Assembly (NCBI GenBank): GCA_003169675.1
Contig: PNAT01000179.1
Span: 3,759 to 67,758, forward strand
Direction of reading: 5' to 3'
Length of the DNA: 64,000 bases
DNA from: Acidimicrobiaceae bacterium
Lineage (GTDB): Bacteria > Actinomycetota > Acidimicrobiia > Acidimicrobiales > RAAP-2
The notes under the pieces are model-generated. The model had not been told where the DNA came from and made no database searches. It was given only the letters and a program-made list of their open reading frames with translations. The translations under genes and the position numbers were made by a program. Below are positions 9,697 through 18,829 of the stretch, in pieces; the stretch's first letter is position 1, and each line of letters opens with the position of its first letter.

Positions 9697-12600
9697 TCAC
9701 AACCCGAAGCCGCCACCGAGGTCACGTCCGGAGTCGACGTCGCGTCTCCAGGCGAATTGCGGCGCGTCTGGCATCGATGTCACGTCGCGCGCCGCATCAG
9801 ACCGTGCGGCACCGAGGGCATGGACCCGATCCCAGAGGGACGAGAGCCATGCTTCGTCGGATGCCCTACCCGGACCGCCCGGCGCAGCGAAACCTGCCGA
9901 CCCGATGGCGTCGACAGCTCTCTTCCAGTGGGCACCCTGCTCGGGGTCGAGGGGTTCAGGGCCGAGCGCGTCGACAGTGGTGATGTTCCAGCGGGACCGA
10001 TAGGCCTCGATGGCACCGGCAGCTGACTGCCACCGTTCAACTCCGCTGATGCGCTCGGGAAGAGGTCCGAGCACGCCCGTGTGCTCCGGTTGGCTGTAGG
10101 CCGCAGCCTGGCCGAGCCGGTACTCGTGACGACTGAGGTCTCTGTCCAGCTGGGACCACCTCTCAATCTCAGCCTGATGAGCATCCACCCAGGCATCGCG
10201 CCGCTGCGCGGTGATGAGATTCGTCACGTCGTCTTCAGCTCCGGCCCTGGCCCGTTCGGCACCCGACCCCTCCAGGTGCCCGGAGAAGGAGTCGACCGGT
10301 GCGTGATCGGCGATCCACTGCCCGAGGCTGGCGTGCTCGCGGTAGGCGGAGGCGAAGTCGTCGGGGGACACTGTGGGCCAGGTCGGGAGTCGGTCCCGAG
10401 CCATGGTCTGCTCCTTGTTCTGGGAGAGGGCGTCGACGAGTGACTCGAGGGCGTCGCGCTGGGCGAGATCATCGGCGTGGTGGCCGATCTCCCATCTCGG
10501 GTTCTCGGGGGAGGCAACATAGAGATTGTTCGACAGCCGGCCCCGCGAGAGCTGGGTGTAGCCGGCTTCTTGGAAGAGGCTGTCGCCTCCGAGCCCGAAG
10601 GTGTGATCGACGGTGATCCCCTGGGAGCGGAACACGGTGAGCGCGTAACCCAGGCTCGTGGAGGCCTCGGCGTAGCTGCGGGGAAGGACGGCGCGGCGCC
10701 CGTCGTCGAGCTGGACGACCAGTGACCCTGTCGGTTCGCTGCGGGCCTCTTCCTCTATGCCCGCAACGACACCCTGAGTTCGCCGAACGTCACCCTCCCT
10801 GGTCACAGCGTCGTTAGTGTCGGTGAGAGCCACCACGGTGCCGAACGTGCCGTTGCGGAGCCTGACCAGCTCGGGACGGTGCCTGTCATTAGCGAGGTCT
10901 ACGCTCTGCACCCGCTGGTTCTTCTCGAAGATGACCCGGTCGCCGACGCTGAATGCCTTGGCGCCGATCCTGATCTCGGTCCCCAACTCCCCGGCTACTT
11001 GGCGGCGGGCCCGGACCATGTCGTTCAGCGCGGCGACGTCGGATCGCCGCACGGCCAAGATGGCGGTGGTGTGGGTCCGATGGACGCTCCACCAATCCTC
11101 CACGATGCGTTGGCGGGCCTGGTCGATGGTGCTCGTGATCGTCACCCTCCCGTGTTCGACGTAGGCGTGGACGGCCGGGGTGACGTTGCCATGGCGCAGG
11201 GCGACCAGGGCGTCACGTTCCCACTGCTGGTCCGCGCCGGCCTGGCGGCGGTTGGTGGTCAAGGTGACGACATGAGTTCCCAGCTCCATCGAGAGGGACC
11301 GCAGGGCCCCACCGGCGTCAATGGAGGAGAGTTGCCGGTTGTCGCCGAGAAGGACGAGCTTGGCTCCGGCGGCGTCCACGTAGGAACGGAGCTGATCGAG
11401 GGGGCGACTGCCCACCATCGACGCCTCGTCGAGGACGATGACGTGGCGATTGGTGAGGCCACCGGATTCCCGCAGATCGGCCAGGAGCTGGGTCAGCGAC
11501 GAGCTGGGGATCCCGGTGCCGGCCTCGAGGTCGGCGGCTGTCCGGGCCGCCACCGCCGTCCCGATGACCTGGAAACCGGCCTCCTCCCAGCCGATCCGGG
11601 CGGCACCGAGGAGCGTCGTCTTGCCCGTTCCCGCCTGGCCGATCACCAGGTCGTAGCCATTGCCCGAGGTGAGCAGCGCCCGCACACCGTCGGCCTGCTC
11701 GCCGTCGAGATGGGTGTGCAGCCCGAGGACGTGTTCGACCGTGGTGGGGGCGACCCGGCCGGTTCCCTCGCCCTTACGTGCGATGGCGGAACCGATGATG
11801 CGCTGCTCGGCGGCCAGCAGCTCGGTGGTTGTGTAGCGCCGGTCGCCGCTGGTGGCCGGGACGACGTGGCCGCTTCGGGTGCGGATGTGCTCGGTGCCGG
11901 CACCGGGGTCGGCGATAACCCGGACCACCCCCTCCCTTTCGAGGAACCTGGCCGTAAGCGCCCCTGCCTCGTCGGGGGTGACATCGAATGCCCTGGCCAC
12001 GGCACTGATGGCGTCACGCCGGGAGAAGCTCGATCCGAGCAGGGTGACGGGCAGTGCCCTGGTGCCGGGGGCGCCGGTATCCGAGAGGCGCTGTTCGTCG
12101 ATCTCCCAGTCATCGAGCGACACGCCGTTCTCGCCTGCCAGGACCCTGAAGACCGCCTCGACCTCTTCGGGTCCATGTGGCGCGACCGCTTCGAGACCGA
12201 GGGCAGCGTTGAGGTCGTCGACGGTGACCGGGCGCGTACCACCCGAGCCGTCGGGGAGCTCAATGGCGGAGAGCTGCTCGGCCCAACCATCGCGCAGCAC
12301 ATCGCCCGCGATGCCGCCAGCAGGCTTGCGTTCCCGTGTGGCGAGGGCGGCGGTCTCGGCCGCCCTCGACGATGTTGCACCTCGGGAATTCATCGCCGAT
12401 TCGATGTCGACACGGCGCTTCGAGAACGCCCTGAGCACCGTCTTCGGGATATCTCGCAGCTCGCTCAGACCGTTGCGCCGGATGTCCCAGGTAAGGCCGA
12501 GAGGTGCGAGCTCAGCCCGAAGCGCCGATTGGTAGAGGGTGCCGGCGGCCTTCTGCCACAGGTAGAGGTGGCGGCCGTCGGGGGCGGACCACTGGCCGTC

Positions 12601-13125
12601 AACACCGCGGACCAGATTGGGGACGACGACATGGGTATGAAGCTGGGGGTCGCCGGCCCGGCTGGTGCGGTGCCGGAACGCCGCGCCAACGAAGCCCTCG
12701 GCCTCGATGAGCTGCTTCCCGTCACGTCCTCTGCGGGCGAAACAGGCTTCGGAAGATAGGCGGTCAAGCACGGCTCCGACTGCCTGGTCGTGGGCGGCGG
12801 AGAACGTGCCCCGTACATCTTCCGATCCCAACGCCCAGAGCAGGGAGACACCCTTCGGAGCGGAGAACGTCAGGTCGAAACCGGGACGTCGTTCTGGCCG
12901 GAGTTGCACGCCGAGGCTGGCACCATCGGCCGCTGTGCCCGCGAGCAGGTTCCTGAGGGCATCGGCGTCGATCTGACCGACGAGGCCAAAGCGTTCGGCA
13001 GTGGCGCCGATCCACTGGCCTGGTGCCTCGCCCCGGCCGAGGTAGTAGTCGTCGACGTTGTTGGCAACCTTGTCGAGGTAGTAGTTGGCGCCACCGGTGG
13101 TGCCAAGCCGTCCTATGGACAGCAT
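9697..13125 (-). CDS. MOBF-family conjugative relaxase-helicase (TrwC/TraA-like)
   Basis: N-terminus MLSIGRL...ANYYLDKV...YY, followed by a His triad RHRTSRAGDPQLHTHVVVPN. The central helicase has P-loop GQAGTGKTT and VIVLDEASMV. Total length 1142 aa. Confidence 0.9.
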   Translation of the reverse strand: MLSIGRLGTTGGANYYLDKVANNVDDYYLGRGEAPGQWIGATAERFGLVGQIDADALRNLLAGTAADGASLGVQLRPERRPGFDLTFSAPKGVSLLWALGSEDVRGTFSAAHDQAVGAVLDRLSSEACFARRGRDGKQLIEAEGFVGAAFRHRTSRAGDPQLHTHVVVPNLVRGVDGQWSAPDGRHLYLWQKAAGTLYQSALRAELAPLGLTWDIRRNGLSELRDIPKTVLRAFSKRRVDIESAMNSRGATSSRAAETAALATRERKPAGGIAGDVLRDGWAEQLSAIELPDGSGGTRPVTVDDLNAALGLEAVAPHGPEEVEAVFRVLAGENGVSLDDWEIDEQRLSDTGAPGTRALPVTLLGSSFSRRDAISAVARAFDVTPDEAGALTARFLEREGVVRVIADPGAGTEHIRTRSGHVVPATSGDRRYTTTELLAAEQRIIGSAIARKGEGTGRVAPTTVEHVLGLHTHLDGEQADGVRALLTSGNGYDLVIGQAGTGKTTLLGAARIGWEEAGFQVIGTAVAARTAADLEAGTGIPSSSLTQLLADLRESGGLTNRHVIVLDEASMVGSRPLDQLRSYVDAAGAKLVLLGDNRQLSSIDAGGALRSLSMELGTHVVTLTTNRRQAGADQQWERDALVALRHGNVTPAVHAYVEHGRVTITSTIDQARQRIVEDWWSVHRTHTTAILAVRRSDVAALNDMVRARRQVAGELGTEIRIGAKAFSVGDRVIFEKNQRVQSVDLANDRHRPELVRLRNGTFGTVVALTDTNDAVTREGDVRRTQGVVAGIEEEARSEPTGSLVVQLDDGRRAVLPRSYAEASTSLGYALTVFRSQGITVDHTFGLGGDSLFQEAGYTQLSRGRLSNNLYVASPENPRWEIGHHADDLAQRDALESLVDALSQNKEQTMARDRLPTWPTVSPDDFASAYREHASLGQWIADHAPVDSFSGHLEGSGAERARAGAEDDVTNLITAQRRDAWVDAHQAEIERWSQLDRDLSRHEYRLGQAAAYSQPEHTGVLGPLPERISGVERWQSAAGAIEAYRSRWNITTVDALGPEPLDPEQGAHWKRAVDAIGSAGFAAPGGPGRASDEAWLSSLWDRVHALGAARSDAARDVTSMPDAPQFAWRRDVDSGRDLGGGFGL

Positions 13126-13180
13126 CAGGACGCCAGCAAAACGGCGCTCGGTGACCGATCCATGGTCGTATCGTCCGGAT

Positions 13181-13204
13181 GAACGTCACCCTGAACGTCA
13201 CCCT
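13181..13204. repeat. Two perfect tandem copies of GAACGTCACCCT (reverse complement AGGGTGACGTTC), 55 nt upstream of the relaxase start
   Basis: Read directly from the sequence. The same 12-mer family recurs at 49638-49661, 49781-49808, 49894-49905 and 50343-50430. Confidence 0.9.
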
Positions 13205-13343
13205 GGCCCGGATAGGGCTATCCACCAGGGACAATGGCGACACGAACGTGGCGGGGAGGTCCGCCCGAAGGGCGGCGGCATCCGATGATGCAGGTGTGTG
13301 GAATGCTCTGTACAGGTCCGGCGGAGCTGATGGGTGGGTATGA

Positions 13344-13376
13344 CGAAGCCCCCTTCCTCGATGGAAGGGGGCTTCG
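13344..13376. other. Perfect 14-bp stem / 5-nt loop hairpin (CGAAGCCCCCTTCC-TCGAT-GGAAGGGGGCTTCG)
   Basis: Read directly. It lies between the relaxase start and the 3' end of gene 13468-13917. It could be a terminator or an oriT inverted repeat, and no clear T-tract follows on either strand. Confidence 0.5.
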
Positions 13377-13467
13377 TGTGGGGCCGGCAGAGCGGATGAT
13401 CTATGCCGCGTCGCTCGTCCCGGGTTCTGTGTCCGCACGGGCAGCCCCGTGGGGCTCGGTCGTCGGG

Positions 13468-13917
13468 TCAGTACTCGGAGGGGAGCAGGAGGGTCGTGGC
13501 GTGGCGTGGGCGCACTCCGGACGGGCCGACGGGGGCTGTCAGCTCGGCGTCGGTGATGATCCACAGGCGGGTGTCTCCCAGCTCGTAGGAGCTCAGGAAT
13601 CGCTCCCCGCTGCGGACGGCCTCGTCGTTGGCGTGTTGGTCGTCGGCGGACAAAGCACCCCAGTCGCCTTCGGCGTGGCGGGAGAGCAGGCGAGCGGGGT
13701 CAGCTCCTTCACCTGCCAGGGCACGGAGGGCGCCGGGGGTGGCGACCAGAGGTCCGAAGGCGAACAGCCGCCGCCGGTTCACCACTTCGGTGGAGACGAG
13801 GACGGTCCCCTGGTCTGTGGTCAGCCGGAGAATGCCGGCGGTGCCCTCGGTCGGGCTGCCCGTCTTGTAGTCGGGGTGGATGGCATTCCACCGACTAGCC
13901 GTGATAACTGCGGTCAT
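13468..13917 (-). CDS. Small plasmid/ICE-associated protein with GDWG...WIIT...TTLLLPSEY motifs
   Basis: Trimmed to the ATG at 13917 (MTAVITASRW...). The motifs HAEGDWGALSADD, RLWIITDAE and C-terminal TTLLLPSEY match a family I recall next to ardC/ssb on plasmids and ICEs. Confidence 0.6.
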   Translation of the reverse strand: MTAVITASRWNAIHPDYKTGSPTEGTAGILRLTTDQGTVLVSTEVVNRRRLFAFGPLVATPGALRALAGEGADPARLLSRHAEGDWGALSADDQHANDEAVRSGERFLSSYELGDTRLWIITDAELTAPVGPSGVRPRHATTLLLPSEY

Positions 13918-14283
13918 GGCGTCCTCCTGATCGTCTCGGCCGGCTCCCGGAGCGGAGCAAGGCCCGGCATTGCTCCGCTGTGAGCCGAAGGGACCGGGCA
14001 GGACGGTCGGGGTCAAGCGGCGGGCGTGCCCGAGCGAGGAAGCGAAGCCCGGTGGTGGAGCCGAGCTGGCAAGACGACGGCGGAGCCGGCCGCCACCGTG
14101 GCGGCGCCCCACAGCGCCCGCTTGACGCCGAACGGCGTCCGGTCCAGTCCCTCTGGGCCAGGCACCACTTCGCTCCCGATCACGCCGTCATGGTCAACGA
14201 TGAGGAGTGAGGTGGGTCATGGGTCGCCCCGGTACCGCGGCGAAGGGGCCGGGGGATCGCTCCCCCGGCCCCGCTCGCTCGGG

Positions 14284-14679
14284 TCAGAAGGTCCCGACCT
14301 CCTGGGTCTCGGCCTCACCCGACTGCCGCTGGGTCCGCTGGACGTCGGCGGTGGCGAAGCGGAGGCTGGGACCGATCTCGTCGGCCGTGATCTCGACCTT
14401 GGATCGGTGCTCACCCTCCTCGTTCTCCCAGCTGCGCTGCTCGATGCGGCCGGTGACCACGACCCGCATGCCCTTGGAGAGGCTGAGGGCCACGTTCTCC
14501 GCCAGTTCCCGCCAGCAGATGACGTCGAAGAAGGACGTCGCCTCCTGCCATTCCTGGGTCGAGCGGTCCTGCCAGCGCCGGTTGACGGCGACACCGAGCT
14601 GGGCCGTAGCCTGGCCCTCCTTGGTGTAGCGGATCTCCGGCTCCCGGGTCAGGTTGCCTGTGATGGTGACAGTGTTCAT
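14284..14679 (-). CDS. ssb: Single-stranded DNA-binding protein
   Basis: MNTVTITGNLTREPEIRYTKEGQATAQLGVAVNRRW...FFDVICWRELAENV...GRIEQRSWE is a typical OB-fold SSB. It has an acidic tail ending in F. Confidence 0.9.
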   Translation of the reverse strand: MNTVTITGNLTREPEIRYTKEGQATAQLGVAVNRRWQDRSTQEWQEATSFFDVICWRELAENVALSLSKGMRVVVTGRIEQRSWENEEGEHRSKVEITADEIGPSLRFATADVQRTQRQSGEAETQEVGTF

Positions 14680-15491
14680 GTTGTGGTTCCTTTCGTTTGT
14701 GGTGCTTACGGGCACGACACGCGAACCGGGAAGACGAGGGGGCAACGGTTGCCCGGAGGGTCGGCCGGAAAGTTGCGGCGGGACCGAAGGTCAGTGAGTG
14801 CAGCGAACGCCGCCGGCCAGTTTCCGAGACGCCGTTGCGGCCGAGGCGACGGGGCGCAAGATGGGACCGAGAGCACCGCCACACACGTCAGGAGGACCAC
14901 GACGCACCGCTCACCACCCATCTGGTGCCACCGAGGGGACCTTCTCGCTATATCGGGGCTCAGGTCGGCCGTGCCGGACCTACGCAACTGCCGGCCGGAC
15001 GACCAGGACAAGGATTGAGCCTCGCGGTATCCCGGGATGGTCGAACATCGCCGGGCAGGAGACCACAGTGTGTTCGGGTGCGGTGGATCTCAGACAGTGG
15101 CTGCCACAGGCGCTCAAATGCGCACCTGGAGGCCGGTGTAGCCGGACCGGCGATTCGAGACACGACTATCGTGGAGGCTGTCGCAGGGCACGGATCCGCC
15201 TCCGTCGCCCGCGATTGCCCACCCTCGCGGTGGACGGCCTTCGGGCCCCGGCTGCCCTTTCCCGCCGAGGGCGGAGCCAGATCACCTTGCCCTAGCGCGA
15301 CCGGAATCTACCGGCACGAAAGACCAAGCGGATGACACTCATGTGAGGGACTCCGGGTGGTGGATCCGAGTACCTGAGCGACTCCGTGCCACAGCTTCGC
15401 CCGAACAAAAGACCGCAGCTCGTGGTTGATCCGTGGATGGATGACCCGCGGCCCGGACTGACGTGCTGCGCATCCCTTAGCCTTGACTGCA

Positions 15492-16265
15492 ATGTCTAAA
15501 GCGGAAACTTTCCTCGACCGCTCAATGATCGCCCTCGTGAGCCGGATCTCCGGTCGGACAGCGGTGGCACTGGCACTGATCCTGTACGTAGGGGGCGGCC
15601 TCATTTTGCCGCTCACGCTCGGCTGGCCGACCTTGTTCCTGGTCGAGGCGAATCTCGTAGGCGCCGTTCTCGCCGCGGCTGTGTGCATCGGTTGGCTCAT
15701 GGTTCGAGTCGAGGCGGGCAACCGACGCCATCTGGTTGAGTGGACGACGGACCTCCGTCTCCTCGACCCAGAGGAATTCGAATGGCTTGTTGGCGAGGTA
15801 CTTCGGCGAGAGGGATGGACGGTGCGAGAAACCGGGAGCCAAGACAGTCCTGACGGGAACATCGACCTCGATCTGACGCGTCACGGCCAGAGATCGATCG
15901 TTCAGTGCAAGCGGTGGACTGCCATGGTCGTTGGCGTCGATGAGATCCGACGATTTCTCGGCACCCTGATGCGCGAGCACCTCCCGGCAAATGCGGGTAT
16001 TTTCGTCACCCTTTCAAGCTTCACGGAGCAAGCCCGAAAGGAGGCACAGGAGGCCGGCATCACCCTTGTTGACAGCAGCAGCCTGTACTCCCACATCGAG
16101 AAGGTCCGTCACGCAGAGCCGTGCCCGGAGTGCGGGAAGCCGATGATCCTGGATCGCTCGAAGCACGGTTGGTGGCTTCGATGTGCAGCGGGCCGCTGCT
16201 CGGGAAAACGTGATCTCAGCCGCGAACCTGGCCGCGCCATCGAATTGTTGATGCAGTCAGATTGA
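15492..16265 (+). CDS. Membrane-anchored Mrr-like restriction endonuclease with C-terminal C4 zinc finger
   Basis: N-terminal TM helices. Mrr_cat-like FEWLVGEVLRREGW...DGNIDLDL...IVQCKRW. C-terminal CPECGKPM...WLRCAAGRCSGK resembles a topoisomerase-type zinc ribbon. Confidence 0.7.
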   Translation: MSKAETFLDRSMIALVSRISGRTAVALALILYVGGGLILPLTLGWPTLFLVEANLVGAVLAAAVCIGWLMVRVEAGNRRHLVEWTTDLRLLDPEEFEWLVGEVLRREGWTVRETGSQDSPDGNIDLDLTRHGQRSIVQCKRWTAMVVGVDEIRRFLGTLMREHLPANAGIFVTLSSFTEQARKEAQEAGITLVDSSSLYSHIEKVRHAEPCPECGKPMILDRSKHGWWLRCAAGRCSGKRDLSREPGRAIELLMQSD

Positions 16266-16366
16266 CTCCTCCCTTCCTGGGACGGAGTCATTGACCTTAT
16301 CGGTTCGCAGAGTTATTGGAAATGACCGACGCGTAGTCAATCATCCAGGAACTGGTGTGACGAGAC

Positions 16367-18829
16367 TCACAGAGCAGCCCTGACGTTCTCGAGTGCTGAC
16401 TTCATTTCCATGGCCGTCTGGAATCGAGTAGTGCGCTCGGGAGCGCAGGCCCGAAGAAGGAACTCGGCGAGTGGTGCGCTCAAGTGCTTGCGGAACTGCC
16501 TCGGGTCACGAGGCTCCACATCCGGCATGGGTCTGGCCTGGGTGTAGGGGTGCTGACCGTCGCACAACATCTCGTACAGGGTCACACCTACCGCGAAAAG
16601 ATCGGTGGAAACATCCCAACGGGTGAGGTCTGCATCCGGAGGCTGGTAAGGGGGCGTGCCCGAGTTCGTGCGCACGGGGTCTCCGACCCGAGACGCGATG
16701 TTGAAGTCCAGCAACTTGGCCCCTGACCTCGTCAGCACGATGTTTTGAGGCTTGATGTCACGGTGGACAAGTGCGTCCTCGCTCATCGCCATCAGTTCGT
16801 CGTACTCATCTGGCGAGATCTCGCCCTGACGTCGCTTCTGATCCAGGGCATCGAGTCGTTCGCTGTCCGGGTGGATTGCGGTCAACGCGCTCAACACGTC
16901 GAGGGCGACGTCGATTGCCTCACGATCCCGTAGCTTCTTCTTCCCCGCGGTGTAGTCCGAAACGAGCTCACCGTCGATGTACTCGAGAATGAGATACCAC
17001 TCGCCGAGGTCGGTTTGGTCAGCCCAGATTACTTTCACGACGTTGGGGTGATGGACCTTCCTGAGGGCACCGATCTCCCGGCGCACAGCGTCGTAGCCGG
17101 CGGCGTTGTCAAACAGTTTCAGGGCTCGTTCTTCACCTTCGACCGTGTCCCGCACCCGGTACACCTTCGAGAATCCACCTGATCCGAGCAGCTCCTTGAC
17201 CTCGAAACGCCCACCGATCGTGTCACCCGCGACATAGTCACGAGCCGGCGTCTTCGAAATGACGTCTGAGGGATCTGGGGCTGGAAGGACGTCACGCTCC
17301 GAAAGAGGCCCATCCGGCTGTGGCGATTGAACTTCGTTCCGTATCCGCATCTTGTGCTTCACGGACTCTTCGCAGTAGACGACAGTCTCTGGACCGTCGC
17401 CGATTCGATACGAAAGGTCGACCTTCCCGAACTCTGCGGCACCAATGAAGGCCTGGGCCTCTTTCACCCGCCGGCGCATCTCGAGCGAGAGCGACGCAGC
17501 CCAAGCGAGGAATTCGTCCGGCACATCCATGCTGGAGTCGGGAAAGAGCAGTTTGAGGAGGCCATCCATCGTGTTATTGACCGCTTTTCGGTCGCGACCG
17601 CTCAACGCACTCCCCCACTCGAGGCGGCCCTGCAGGACGTCGAGTCGAGACGTTCGACGCAGCTGGGTCCAGACCTCTGCCAGGTAGTCGCTGACGAAGC
17701 CGAAATGCTCAGTAAAGTAAGACGGGTCAAGCTTGGGGACGTCCCAGCCTGGAAAATACGCGTGAATGCGGTCCATGAAAGCAGTGTCGTCCTGCATCTC
17801 TTTGGGGAGAGGTGATAGCAGGTGCCCGACCCGGAGCTGTTGCTCCACATCGACGTCGAAGTTTCCAACCATGACGATTCCACCTTCAGCTCGGATCGAC
17901 TCGCGTCCCCGGCTGAACTCACCTGACTCCATGTAGCCCTTGAGGATGTTGACGCCCTCCTTCTGATCGAACGAGACACCAGAGACCTCGTCGAAGCAGA
18001 TGACGTCGTACTGCGCTACCAGGCCACGCCGACCACTGTTCATGTTGACGAACATGTTGGCGATTGTCGCCTTGCCGCCAGAAACTAGGTGGGCATAGGG
18101 AGAGACTTGCTGAAAAAGGTGCGACTTGCCCGTGCCGCGAGGACCCAGTTCGACGGCGTTGTAATTCCTCACGACGAACGGGATCATTCGCGCGATCAAG
18201 ATGTCCTGTTGGCGGCTGGTCAGCTTGGCCGGCTCGAAGCCGACGCTACGAAGAAGCAATTCCCGCCACTGATCAAGGTTGAACCGCGAGCGGCCCGACA
18301 TGAAGGTGCTAAGCGCATCCCGGGTGGACATCTGAATGGGGCGAATGGCCTCTACCCGGAATGGCTGCCCGCCTTGCTCACTGGCCAACGCGGCGATGTA
18401 CTCCAAGGTGACTTCGGCGTAGAACCCCCCAGTGAGCATCCGCTGATGCTCGTCTACCAGCTCAGAGGAGATGTGAATGTCATTGAGCTGCAGACTGGGT
18501 AACTCCGCCTTGTAGGCGTCACTCTTGGAGTCGAGGCGCGCTTTGAGTAGGTCGATGATCTTGACCCGACCCTTCTCACGGGCCCGGTGTTTGAACAGCT
18601 CCTCCTCCCCGGCCCGAACGGTGCGGTCTTGCATGGATTGCTTGACCATTTCCAAGCCCGCGGCAATTTCATCGGGGTCTGTTGTTGCGCAGTAACGACC
18701 CAGCATGAACTCGCCTACATAGGTAGGCACTGGGTATTGACCACGGAACTGCTGCGCCAGGTCCTTCTTGACCAGGTAGCCGTCGAATGCGGTTGATGCC
18801 AGCGTGTCCAGGGTGTCCAGCTCAGTCAT
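16367..18829 (-). CDS. BrxL-type AAA+ ATPase fused to a Hanks-type Ser/Thr protein kinase domain (no Lon-like domain)
   Basis: Residues 1-~490 are collinear with BrxL as I recall it (FDGYLVKKDLAQQF..VPTYVGEFMLGRYC; Walker A GPRGTGKS at 18122-18145; Walker B VICFDEV; FMDRIHAYFPGWDVPK; SGRDRKAV). Residues ~541-815 carry GSGGFSKVY, ALKLF, HRDIKPQN (16742-16765), DFN and TPPYQPPD. ATGA overlap with pglZ. Confidence 0.8.
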   Translation of the reverse strand: MTELDTLDTLASTAFDGYLVKKDLAQQFRGQYPVPTYVGEFMLGRYCATTDPDEIAAGLEMVKQSMQDRTVRAGEEELFKHRAREKGRVKIIDLLKARLDSKSDAYKAELPSLQLNDIHISSELVDEHQRMLTGGFYAEVTLEYIAALASEQGGQPFRVEAIRPIQMSTRDALSTFMSGRSRFNLDQWRELLLRSVGFEPAKLTSRQQDILIARMIPFVVRNYNAVELGPRGTGKSHLFQQVSPYAHLVSGGKATIANMFVNMNSGRRGLVAQYDVICFDEVSGVSFDQKEGVNILKGYMESGEFSRGRESIRAEGGIVMVGNFDVDVEQQLRVGHLLSPLPKEMQDDTAFMDRIHAYFPGWDVPKLDPSYFTEHFGFVSDYLAEVWTQLRRTSRLDVLQGRLEWGSALSGRDRKAVNNTMDGLLKLLFPDSSMDVPDEFLAWAASLSLEMRRRVKEAQAFIGAAEFGKVDLSYRIGDGPETVVYCEESVKHKMRIRNEVQSPQPDGPLSERDVLPAPDPSDVISKTPARDYVAGDTIGGRFEVKELLGSGGFSKVYRVRDTVEGEERALKLFDNAAGYDAVRREIGALRKVHHPNVVKVIWADQTDLGEWYLILEYIDGELVSDYTAGKKKLRDREAIDVALDVLSALTAIHPDSERLDALDQKRRQGEISPDEYDELMAMSEDALVHRDIKPQNIVLTRSGAKLLDFNIASRVGDPVRTNSGTPPYQPPDADLTRWDVSTDLFAVGVTLYEMLCDGQHPYTQARPMPDVEPRDPRQFRKHLSAPLAEFLLRACAPERTTRFQTAMEMKSALENVRAAL

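Noticed and set aside
10879-12759. 626-aa plus-strand ORF inside the relaxase gene
   Set aside because: It lies antisense to the motif-rich TrwC/TraA-type relaxase and has a low-complexity G/D/R-rich translation.
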